Of a stretch of DNA of 54,449 nt, positions 44,484 through 53,609 are shown piece by piece. Under the pieces are notes generated by a model. That model was not told the origin of the DNA, ran no database searches, and saw nothing but the letters and a program-made list of their open reading frames with translations. Numbering within the stretch: the stretch's first letter is position 1; the number at the start of each line of letters is the position of its first letter. The stretch is from an uncultured virus (IMG/VR IMGVR_UViG_3300021387_000053). Taxonomy: Duplodnaviria; Heunggongvirae; Uroviricota; Caudoviricetes. The stretch lies in the IMG/VR virus record IMGVR_UViG_3300021387_000053; one strand, written 5' to 3'. Both the position numbers and the translations under genes were made by a program.

Positions 44484-44803
44484 ACCGATTCTCCTTTACA
44501 CATATTTGAGACCCTTACGAGTTCTCAATTCAAAAGGCGATCGTTTCTGATTTGATCGCCTTCTGTACCGAAAACTCATCTCACTTGAGCAGGAAATTCC
44601 AGAACGAGAGAGGGTTGGGATGGTTGGAGCGATGCCAGACATCACCATCCACAACGCCAGATGTCTTTGCTGCCTCGATGAAAGATCTCTCGTTGCCTTC
44701 ACCTTCACAAAGAGTTCCATCTTCTTTCATGAGAATCCATTTAAATTCAGGTCGTGCCATAATAAAACCTCCGTATAGATTTATTTGTGTCCGTGGACAC
44801 ACT

Positions 44804-44830
44804 AAAAGGGACAGGAGTTCTGTCCCCTTT
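44804..44830. terminator. bidirectional terminator-like hairpin
   Basis: AAAAGGGACAG-GAGTT-CTGTCCCCTTT. Confidence 0.55.
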
Positions 44831-44851
44831 ATGTGTATTCACCAACTTGTG

Positions 44852-45730
44852 TTACTTCTTGAAGATCGCCACGATCTTCTTGAAGACTGTGAGCAGACGG
44901 CTTGCGTCCTTCTTGTTGCTGATGCGGAGAAGTTCGCAGACATTACTGCCGTCAGGCCAACCGCCAAGTTCCGGCGGAAGGTAGCATTTCCAACCGCACT
45001 GAGCGCACATCTTCCCGTTACACTCGACACCACCCTCATCGAGTGCTTTCTGGAGAGATTCCTCGTCAGGGTAGACAGTGAACACAAGGTCTGCCCACTT
45101 GGAACGCTTTGCAGGCTTGCCGATAATAGGGGAACTCTGGACATAACGGCAGTTCTTGGGCTTGCCGATGTGGTCGAATCCCTTTCCGATATCTCCGTAA
45201 TTCTTGCCCCAATATCCCGAATGGAATCTGGGATTTGCGTAGATCAGATTGATCATGTTTTCTGCATGAATCTGATTCTCCGTTTCTCCGGCGGAATTAA
45301 TCCGCAGGAAGTTCTCCAGAAATCCCTTGAGCTTTTTCGTGATCGGTCTGCGCTTCCAGTCCTCAACGGAGAATGGAACAACAGACAGGATAAAGAGGTT
45401 CAGAGTGTGAGCATTCATCACGGAAGGCATACGGTTTTCCTGACGCATGTCGTAGCAATACCCACAAATGTGGGCAGGATTGTTTTCTGCAGCCTTCTGC
45501 ATTTTTTTGCAGAATTCGCAGTTGTGTGCAGACGAATCACAGGAATAAGCTCCGGCAATCTTGTGGATATCGTGATAATTAATCACGACGATTTTCAGAA
45601 GGATTGTCTTTTCCTCATCGGAGAGAGTGCCGTTCTTCTGGAACTTGGTGATGAGCTTGGTTGCAGACGCTTTCCGCTCAGGGAAAGTCTTGATAGGGTA
45701 CAGAGTCTTCAGATTGTTAGTGATAGCCAT
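44852..45730 (-). CDS. GP88-like Cys-rich (Fe-S/radical-SAM-related) phage protein
   Basis: CEFC, ICGYCY, LRINSAGE and C-terminal CxxxCxxCxxxC. Confidence 0.55.
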   Translation of the reverse strand: MAITNNLKTLYPIKTFPERKASATKLITKFQKNGTLSDEEKTILLKIVVINYHDIHKIAGAYSCDSSAHNCEFCKKMQKAAENNPAHICGYCYDMRQENRMPSVMNAHTLNLFILSVVPFSVEDWKRRPITKKLKGFLENFLRINSAGETENQIHAENMINLIYANPRFHSGYWGKNYGDIGKGFDHIGKPKNCRYVQSSPIIGKPAKRSKWADLVFTVYPDEESLQKALDEGGVECNGKMCAQCGWKCYLPPELGGWPDGSNVCELLRISNKKDASRLLTVFKKIVAIFKK

Positions 45731-46635
45731 AACGATTCTCCTTTCAAATTAAAAACGATCTGGCTTATTTCCAGACCATTCCGCACTAAACATAAACTGA
45801 CTTTGACTTATTTACTTTGAAAAAATCATGAAGAAAAACAGGGTTTCCAGACCCAACATAAACAGTGCCAACTTTACGAAGTCGGCGAAGGTGTCTTGAT
45901 TTTCCCGACCGCTTTTGTTGCGGTATCTGCGGTGTCTTTCGATGCTCATGCCGTCACCTTCCTCACGGCACAGAGCAGGATATGTCCCCATGAGACATAA
46001 CCCACAAGGACTCTGTTCTCAATGCAGAACTTCAGGGTCACATCCCAGTGAGCGCAGATATAGAATCTGCGCCGGAGTTCGGACAGGATATCCGTAGAGA
46101 GATAATCCCGACGAACGGAGATTTCTTCCTGTTCCGTCCAGTGTCCTTCGTTATTGAGGACACCTATTCTGTAAGACTCCTTGCCCATACAGTTCACCTC
46201 TTTCCCTTCGCCATACGGACGGTATCAGGGGAGTATTTCCAGATACCGCCGTCATAGTCTGCGAGAGCCTTTGCAGACTGTTCGATGGATACGTTGTGAC
46301 GGTTCGCATAGTCTCTGATCTGTTCCGCTTGCAGTCTGTACATCTCCAGACAGTGAGATTTGAAACGGTACAGATTCGCCATACTGCCGACATACTGATC
46401 ATACTGATTGGAATACCGATAAGCGTCTGAGCCTTTGATGTAACAGTAGTTTCCCCATTCATCAAAGACTTTCAGGACAGGATTCCCGTTCTCATCCGTT
46501 GCCTTTACCGTGAAGGTAATAAGGCAAGCGTTGAACATGATCAGCTGACCACGTTCGTTTTCCGTTAGGTCGAACTTCTTGTAATAGCGTGCCATTGAAA
46601 TTCTCCTTTCAATTTCTGCTTAATTTTCCGCATAC

Positions 46636-46665
46636 AAAAAAGAGCCGGACACATTCCGACTCTTT
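46636..46665 (-). terminator. intrinsic terminator
   Basis: AGAGTCGGA/TCCGGCTCT stem followed by TTTTT on the minus strand. Confidence 0.6.
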
Positions 46666-47780
46666 ACAGGGTTATCAGGTTCAGATTGGGAATAATCTTG
46701 CTATCATCTTATCTTTCCCATCTTTGTCGAAAGATACAGAAATAGTTGCTTCGACGGCATTTTCTGGATGTGATGCAAGAACTTTATCCTGCAACTCATT
46801 CATGTCTTTTTCGATTGTGAGCGGACTTCTGATTGTTTCCAGTATGTTCCCGTGGTTGTCTACGATTTCGCACTCCAGATATTGTGCGTATGAAGTGCCA
46901 AAGTACTTCGATAAGGATTTGTATAAGAATTTCCCGTGTTCATCTTCTGGCGGTTTCTTGCCAATACGGATATCTTCGCATGTGGCTCTGATTTCCGCAA
47001 GAGTATATTTTTCCAACAGCACCCATTAGTCACCTCCCTCCTGGAGACAGTATAACACACTTAGCAAGGCTCGTTTACCCAGTCGAGCCAAGACTGGTAC
47101 TGCCCGATAAAGTTGTCCCATCCCTTGCCAACCATAGGAGAGTCTTCATCTTCGAGGTCGGTACGGGGAGTGAGGACAACAAAAAACGCCTTCTCACCAA
47201 AGCTTTCGAAGGCGTCGAAGGAAAGAGAATACTGCTCCTGAACCTGTTCAAGGCTCATAGCAGAGGGGATAGCATGGAGCATTGTAGTTACAAGGGAAAG
47301 GGGAGAAGAATTGTAGCATTCGAATTTGATAGTGGTCATACGATACACCTCTTTCATTTTACTTGTTAAGGTTACGAGCACACTCGCAAACGAACTGACG
47401 ATAAGCGTCATGGAAAGAATCCCAATTCAAACCGATGGACTCTTCAGGGATACGATACTGTACCACTACTTGGAAACGGCAGTGAGATTCACCAATCCAT
47501 TCGACACGGATATTCGTTGAATGGGTCATCTGTTCCATGGACTTGAAACCGTAAGTGTTAGCGATACGTTCATAGATTGCCTGTTCACCTGAATAGTCTT
47601 CGATGAACAGAGCAGAAGGAACAGAATACCCATTGACAGAGATGATACGGGAATGTCCAGAGACTTCACCAAGGGACAGAATTTCAGTCATAGCTTTATA
47701 CCTCTTTCATTTTTTCATTAGCGGACATTGTCCACTTTATCGTATAGCCGTTGTGACAGCTACACGAGAAAATAGACAAA

Positions 47781-47803
47781 GGGGACGGAGCGAGTCCGTC
47801 CCC
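47781..47803 (-). terminator. terminator-like hairpin
   Basis: Perfect 9-bp stem GGGGACGGA/TCCGTCCCC downstream of 47820-48302. Confidence 0.55.
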
Positions 47804-48339
47804 GAAGGAAGGGGAGAGATTAGGCAACCTGCTTCATGGAAGCGATAGCCTGCTTGAGTTCTTCCATGGTGCAACCGAGAGACTCAAGCAGTTTCTGTTC
47901 TGCAGACTTCTTGCCAGACTTTGCAGGAGCGTCTTTGATTTCGACCTGAGTGTAGTTGGTCATTCCGCAACCGAGATACTGGGCAGGATCAGCGATAGTC
48001 TTCTTGAACTCAGAGAGAGAGATGCACTTGAACTGACCTTCGGACTTCTTGAAGGAAGCGACTTTGCAGAGCATGATCTGCACAAAACGCTCAGAGTCGA
48101 CCTGTTCGCCGTCTTCGGCGACGAACATATTTTCCAGACAGTTCTTGAGAGCGGTTTTATGTTCGGCGTATTCTTCACCAGACACGAGAGCGTTCATAAA
48201 GTTCATGAAGCAGTTGTAGGTAGAGAGAGCATAACGACGACCTTCGTTACCAGAGATGATGAGATTGCCCGCCTGATTGACCTTTGCATACTTATTGAAC
48301 ATAGTAAATACCTCCTAGGCTAAATTTTTACGGTTTCCT

Positions 48340-49000
48340 TGCCCAAGGGAAACTAGCTAGAAAAGGCAACGTGTGCCTTCTCTAGCTAGCCCCCCTTATG
48401 CTACTCTTGCGCTTGCTTTGCCAGTTCGCACCAAAGAGACGGATTGTGCAGGAACGTACCCGTAGCGCACAAGCCTAGCATGGAGCGCAACCTTCCGGCA
48501 CACGCAAGAAAAGCGAGAGAGCTAGCTTTTTTAAACTGGTCACAATGGTAGTTGTAACAGCCGTATTGCTACGACTTCGCACACTGTCTCTTACATCCTG
48601 CAAGCCTTGTTCCACTTCCATAGCTCGACCCAACTACTTCCACTTCACGCACCAAGCTATCAGTAAGGCATATGTACGGCATACGCTGAAAGCAAAGTAG
48701 GCATACACTCCACACCAAGCCCTCACGCATTGCGAACCAGTGGCAACCCTTGTCTCACACAAAACGACACACGCCGATTGTTTCACCGAAATAGGCGGAT
48801 TGCTAGCCTTGCGTACCTACTCGTTCCCCGTAGGGGAATGGACACGCTATGCAATTGGAAAGTCGCAAGAGCCCAACTTGCACGTCCCACGGACTATCAA
48901 ACAACAACGTCGACACGCCGGAGCATCTGCTCCTGTCCCCGCCCTCCATGCGGGGAGTTGTTCTTGGCTGTCTGCCGTGCGGATTTATCATCCGCAATGC
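48340..49000 (-). ncRNA. candidate large structured RNA or 5' leader
   Basis: No convincing ORF, GC-richer than the AT-rich DNA to its right, and many hairpins, including a GCAA-loop stem whose G-U pair favours the minus strand. Confidence 0.4.
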
Positions 49001-49150
49001 CATAATACGCCGTTCAGAGAGCATGATTTTATTTTTTGAAACAAAATATTATTTTACGTTTCAATTTATTTTTTATTTTGCGGAAGCCCCTGGGCGTTCT
49101 ATTCCAACACCTCTCCCGATTTTGAAACCTATAAATATATACCTAACGCC

Positions 49151-49190
49151 TGTGGATAAAACTGTGAATACTTTTTATAACTTATCCACA
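49151..49190. promoter_or_regulatory. DnaA-box cluster (candidate replication origin)
   Basis: TGTGGATAA 49151-49159 and TTATCCACA 49182-49190 (both perfect, inverted), plus degenerate TGTGAATAC 49163-49171. AT-rich flanks at the strand switch. Confidence 0.65.
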
Positions 49191-49659
49191 GGAAATATAT
49201 AAATATATAAATTCCGCAGAATAGAAAAACATACGACCTACGTCCCTGAACCCAGGTCTCTAACGCTGGGATCTCTATATCGACTCCCGATATAATATCC
49301 TTCTAAAAATTGACCTAAAAATAGAGGTGTACTATCTACCTAGTACACCTCAGTGTAATGCTCCTTATATCTATATATAAATATATATATTATATAATAC
49401 GTTATATATTAAAAGATACGTTAACGAACTATAAAGCCTACTAGGTTATTAAAGACCTACTAGGCTATATTAATATCTCCACGTATGTTAAATTATTTTC
49501 TTTATGCGGAAATTCTTTCTCAGAGAAAATATTCCGCAACGGATAAATATCTCGACATACATCTCTCGTTCCAGAGTTTAGCTAATGACGGGGGACTCAC
49601 AATTCCGTCAGACACTGCTTGTCCCGGAGCTTAAATAGAAAATTGTTCGTCCCCCTATT

Positions 49660-50115
49660 ATATATACTACCCAACTTTGTTAGTTATATCTAACTACTGT
49701 ACATAGTATTTTTTCTATACGGAAAGAGAGATATCCGTATACGGGTTAAATAAAAAATACAGTGCGTAACTGTACCTATGTGCAGCTTTTATCAGGCGGG
49801 GACTCACTCATAACTCGTCTCTCGTTCCAAAGCCAGGAGCAAAATCGTGAGTCCCCTATATATTATAGTACCCAACTTTGTTAGACATGACTAACTATAT
49901 CTGAGTACTTTTATACGGGTCTGAGTAAGAAGTCGATCTACCCGGCGGAGAGAATTCGAGCCGGGTATTATATATATGGGGTGCCAAAATGTTAGACATG
50001 ACTAACTACTTAACACAGTAAAAAGAGCTGCTCCTGGTTACAGACAGCCTGAGAAAATAAACGCCGTACTTATATGTTATATGGGGTGCCAATTAGTTAG
50101 AGTAGACTAACTATA
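49660..50115. repeat. four copies of (TA-rich)-CCAA-x-GTTAG-N6-CTAAC-TA
   Basis: Palindrome GTTAG-N6-CTAAC at 49679, 49880, 49991 and 50096. Confidence 0.8.
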
Positions 50116-50276
50116 TAATACGGAGTTTTGAGCAAGTTAAAATATCCTCTCGTTCTCTTTAGGGTCTATCTTTGAAGCCTTTATCTCCCAACGGGTTGAG
50201 AGAGGTTTTGCTGTGTTGAATACAGCAACTTTTTCTTTGCGGAAAATTTTTTCTAAGTCTAGGTTAATATCGTCAA

Positions 50277-50302
50277 AAAAATGATGCGTTATATATAGTG
50301 AG
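50277..50302 (+). promoter_or_regulatory. putative phage-specific promoter motif, copy 2
   Basis: AAAAATGATGCGTTATATATAGTGAG, at the head of the plus-strand operon. Confidence 0.55.
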
Positions 50303-50414
50303 ACCCGGAGAAAAACTAGCTTCGGAATCTCGTAATCTCCCGGTTATCTTTTCCAGAATATGTGTAATCTTTGATCTGCGTAGCGTCATGTATGTACGGA
50401 AAGGAGTTATCTTC

Positions 50415-51596
50415 TTGGGAAAATCCGTAGTACCCCCGAAGCTCCACTTCGTTGGATTCCGTCCTTCTGAAGAGGAGCGGATCGAACTGATTGAGAGTCT
50501 TGCGGAGAAGAGAAGGATACCTCGTAAGGCTCAGGCTATCTCGCTGTTTCTTTTCTATACAGAACTGGATGAAGGGTTCAGACCTTCTGAGGTCTATATC
50601 GAAAAGTCTATGCGGATGAGTAGGGACTCCTTCAGGAGAGCCAGGAAGAATCTTGACGATTACGGTCTGATCTTCTGGGACAAATCCGCTAACAGGATTA
50701 CGGTAGACTTCGAGACTCTGTATATTCTGGACTCGCTGCCTGTAGATCAGGCAGGACTGTATTCCGCAGCGAACAAGGTTCATTATCAGGGAGAAGAACC
50801 GGCGATAGCTCAGAAGACAATAGGCGAACGGAATATGTTTGTGCCTGGGTATCTGAAGACGGATAACCTGAGCGAGTCTGAGAAGGATATCTTCGAAGCG
50901 ATTAATAAGCTGACTCCGAAAGAACTCTGTGAGTTCTGGGGTCTTGAGTATCGCCCGGAGATCGAAGAAGCTCCTGAAGAGACAGACAGGGAATCTGTTG
51001 GATATCTTTCAGATTCAGAGATAAGTCGGATTACGAGAAAGGCTTTGATGGATATGGGATACGATCAGCTTCTTACCCAGGAGAGGACTTCTGCTGCTTC
51101 CTCAGCTAGGTACTGCGAGATTGTCAGAACGAATACGGAACTGAACCACTTTGTTATGAACGGGTTCGAGAGGACAGGAGAGTTGGCTTCTTACGTTCAG
51201 GATAAGAACGGGGAGTTCCTGGTCACGAGTCCTGTATCTGAATGGGGAACTCAGAGATTTGACTCTGACGGAAAGTTCCTTGGGAATAGGGAAGATCCTA
51301 TTACTGAAGAGTGGCTTTACAAGCTTGTTCCTGTTCCGACGATAAGTCCAAGGGATGGAGAGCGTGAGAAGCTTGGATGGGTCGCAGAGTTAAAGCCTGT
51401 TCGTGAGAATCCGAACTGTGACCTTCGGAAATATATCGACGAGTGTAGAAAGAGTCCGAACTATGTGTTTGACCCGGGCTACAGCTTTGATACGCAGACG
51501 TACAGATTCTTCTTTGACGGCAAGTGGACGTGCTTTGACAAGAAGGGTAATTACGTCGGTATCGAAACTGAAGTCGGAGTTAGAGAAGCGGTATAA
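50415..51596 (+). CDS. protein with N-terminal winged-HTH (replication-initiator-like)
   Basis: AAAGGAG before TTG 50415; SLFLFY...FRPSEVYIEKSMRMSRDSFRRARKNLDDYGLI. Confidence 0.55.
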   Translation: MGKSVVPPKLHFVGFRPSEEERIELIESLAEKRRIPRKAQAISLFLFYTELDEGFRPSEVYIEKSMRMSRDSFRRARKNLDDYGLIFWDKSANRITVDFETLYILDSLPVDQAGLYSAANKVHYQGEEPAIAQKTIGERNMFVPGYLKTDNLSESEKDIFEAINKLTPKELCEFWGLEYRPEIEEAPEETDRESVGYLSDSEISRITRKALMDMGYDQLLTQERTSAASSARYCEIVRTNTELNHFVMNGFERTGELASYVQDKNGEFLVTSPVSEWGTQRFDSDGKFLGNREDPITEEWLYKLVPVPTISPRDGEREKLGWVAELKPVRENPNCDLRKYIDECRKSPNYVFDPGYSFDTQTYRFFFDGKWTCFDKKGNYVGIETEVGVREAV

Positions 51597-51630
51597 GAGA
51601 ATAATAGTTAACAGGAGAAACAGAAAGAAT

Positions 51631-52068
51631 ATGAGCGCAGAAATTGAAAAGAATAACGAAGTGATCGATAACGAACCAATCGACACCCGGCCTTTTGAGG
51701 AGCGGATTCAGATTGTTTCTTATACGGAACTGGTTGACTTGATTAACCGACTTGAGAAGGGCGAATCTATTTCCGTAGTTGTAAAGCCGGAGCTTGGGCA
51801 GGACGATGCTTTCTTCTTCGGAGTTGCAATCCTTACTGAACAACGGAACGGAAAAGATTATGCCAAGCTTGCTGCACTGAGGAAGCTCCGTTTCGGACAG
51901 ACCTATGACGTGGAGCTTTACGGAGACAGCAACGCAGCAGTTATCTTCCGCAAGATTAAATCGATCATGAAGAGCCTGAATGCTCCGATCAGTCGTTATA
52001 ATACGACCTTTGCGGTAGACAAGGATACCTACAATAAATTGAACGGAATTACGGAGACGGGGGAATAA
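51631..52068 (+). CDS. hypothetical protein
   Basis: ORF with upstream purine-rich RBS. Confidence 0.7.
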   Translation: MSAEIEKNNEVIDNEPIDTRPFEERIQIVSYTELVDLINRLEKGESISVVVKPELGQDDAFFFGVAILTEQRNGKDYAKLAALRKLRFGQTYDVELYGDSNAAVIFRKIKSIMKSLNAPISRYNTTFAVDKDTYNKLNGITETGE

Positions 52069-52074
52069 CGATAT

Positions 52075-52368
52075 ATGATGACGATTGTCGATATGAAGAA
52101 GCTTGAGACTGAACTGAAAGATGCTCAGTTAAAATATGAGAATGCGCTCCGCAGGAAGTCCGGCGTAGCCCAGGCGAAGGAGACACTGAAGAATCTCCTG
52201 CTGAATAACCTGAACAATATTGTCGGATGCCTTGGCAGACTTGCGAAATCAGAGGAAGAGGTCGCATGTTTGCAAGCTGCTCTGGATGACGCTGACGCAG
52301 AACTCGACAGGCTGAAGAAGTCTCCCAAGACGAAAAAGGGAGACGGTGCTGATGGCAAGAAAGAATGA
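52075..52368 (+). CDS. coiled-coil hypothetical protein
   Basis: Heptad-rich ORF. Confidence 0.65.
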   Translation: MMTIVDMKKLETELKDAQLKYENALRRKSGVAQAKETLKNLLLNNLNNIVGCLGRLAKSEEEVACLQAALDDADAELDRLKKSPKTKKGDGADGKKE

Positions 52369-52762
52369 CACGATTGTTGACAACTGGGGTTATGTACCGC
52401 TGAGTGAACCCCGAATCGTTGCAGGACTTATTATCCAGCGGAGCGAGTAGGATCGCCAGTATGACTAGTTGAGTTCCCCTTTTGGGATTATCGAATCTGC
52501 GGGAACTTCAATTATGGATACGGAAAGAATGTGTACGTTTATTGATCTGGATAACTAGATTGAGACGTGCGGACTTTCACAGTCAGAACGGCAGACAGTA
52601 GACATGTAGATGGACGGGTATGGGATGAGTGATGTGGCGGAAAGATATCAGATCGCAGTCGCTACTGTTTCCTCTTATTAGGACAGAGCGGTTGCTAAGA
52701 TCGTAGAAGCCAATAACAAACGTTGGGAAGAAGTATACAGCCCAGGTTCTCCCTGTGCCTAA
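52352..52762 (+). CDS. sigma-70 region-4-like HTH transcription regulator; five in-frame TAG (52448, 52466, 52556, 52607, 52679)
   Basis: Absent from the ORF track. Read-through gives 136 aa: FIDLDN*IETCGLSQSERQTVDM*MDGYGMSDVAERYQIAVATVSSY*DRAVAKI. Confidence 0.8.
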
Positions 52763-52807
52763 AAAAGTGACAACTTATTTGATCATAATAGAGGGAGGGA
52801 GAAACTA

Positions 52808-53515
52808 ATGGCTAAAGGCTATCACATTCATCTTCCTGACGGGAAGGTTCAAAGAATAACAATCCACGACGAGGAAGAGCGAAAGAGAATCTGTCAGGAA
52901 CTCCTCGAAGAATGGGGAGATTACTGTAACAGAAACTGGATTAATGAGGACGGGAGTCCGTATAGTCCGGGAGCTAAGGTCAAAACATTTCTCGACTCCA
53001 TTGCTATGGTTATGCTTCCAGAAGCAGCTTCAGAGGGCATAGAGACAGACTACAAGGATAAGATGCGGGGTAGCAGAGAAATTCCTATGTCATCGTGTCC
53101 CACCTATGTTGAAGATGTTGTGTACGGAAGAGTCAGTCCAAGCGGAAACGCTCAGGTTGCAGCCGATACCGACACATTCAGAAACACAATAGGGGCAGAA
53201 CCAGTCAAGACGAAGAAGAAGCCAAAGCAAAAGAAGGTTGACCGCTTCACTAAGTTCGAGATCTGGAAGAACGAGAACAGTGTCGCAGACACCCACAGGT
53301 GTTACGTCAATACAGATGGAGAGTTCAGTTTCCACGGGGTTAAGTATTCTCTCGTACTGGAAAAGCTTCCGCAGTATCAGGTTAAGGTTCTCCCGAACGG
53401 AGACGAGCTTTACGACATGGACTATGTTCTGATCGGAATCAGGAAGGACGGTACTGTGTGTTATGCGGACTGTACCTTCCATGATATCAGCCCGGAGTTT
53501 GTAAAGAGAGTTTAA
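52808..53515 (+). CDS. hypothetical protein
   Basis: RBS GGGAGG; 235-aa ORF. Confidence 0.75.
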   Translation: MAKGYHIHLPDGKVQRITIHDEEERKRICQELLEEWGDYCNRNWINEDGSPYSPGAKVKTFLDSIAMVMLPEAASEGIETDYKDKMRGSREIPMSSCPTYVEDVVYGRVSPSGNAQVAADTDTFRNTIGAEPVKTKKKPKQKKVDRFTKFEIWKNENSVADTHRCYVNTDGEFSFHGVKYSLVLEKLPQYQVKVLPNGDELYDMDYVLIGIRKDGTVCYADCTFHDISPEFVKRV

Positions 53516-53534
53516 GACCCTTACTCTGGGTCTA

Positions 53535-53609
53535 GCGGGTGTAGCAGAACGGCCTATGCGGAACACTCTAAATGTTTGTCTTTTGTGGGTTCAAATCCCA
53601 CCACCCGTA
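53535..53609 (+). tRNA. amber suppressor tRNA, anticodon CUA, with tRNA-Leu-like body
   Basis: Acceptor GCGGGTG/CACCCGT with discriminator A; D arm GCAG-AACGGCCT-ATGC (A15, G13-A22); anticodon arm GAACA-CTCTAAA-TGTTT (CTA at 53568-53570); T arm GTGGG-TTCAAAT-CCCAC. Confidence 0.92.

Larger units (their letters stand above)
45946..48302 (-). other. first early genes (45946-46197, 46194-46595, 46681-47022, 47061-, 47359-47691, 47820-48302), hypothetical
   Basis: ORFs with strong RBSs, separated by terminator hairpins. Confidence 0.65.

Noticed and set aside
44552..45820. 422-aa plus-strand ORF
   Set aside because: Antisense shadow of the GP88-like gene.
12970..52762. TAG=Gln (genetic code 15)
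   Set aside because: Considered first as the known phage code, and RuvC D-Q-S is possible. However, most informative sites are hydrophobic Leu positions and the tRNA body is Leu-like. Disfavoured, not formally excluded.
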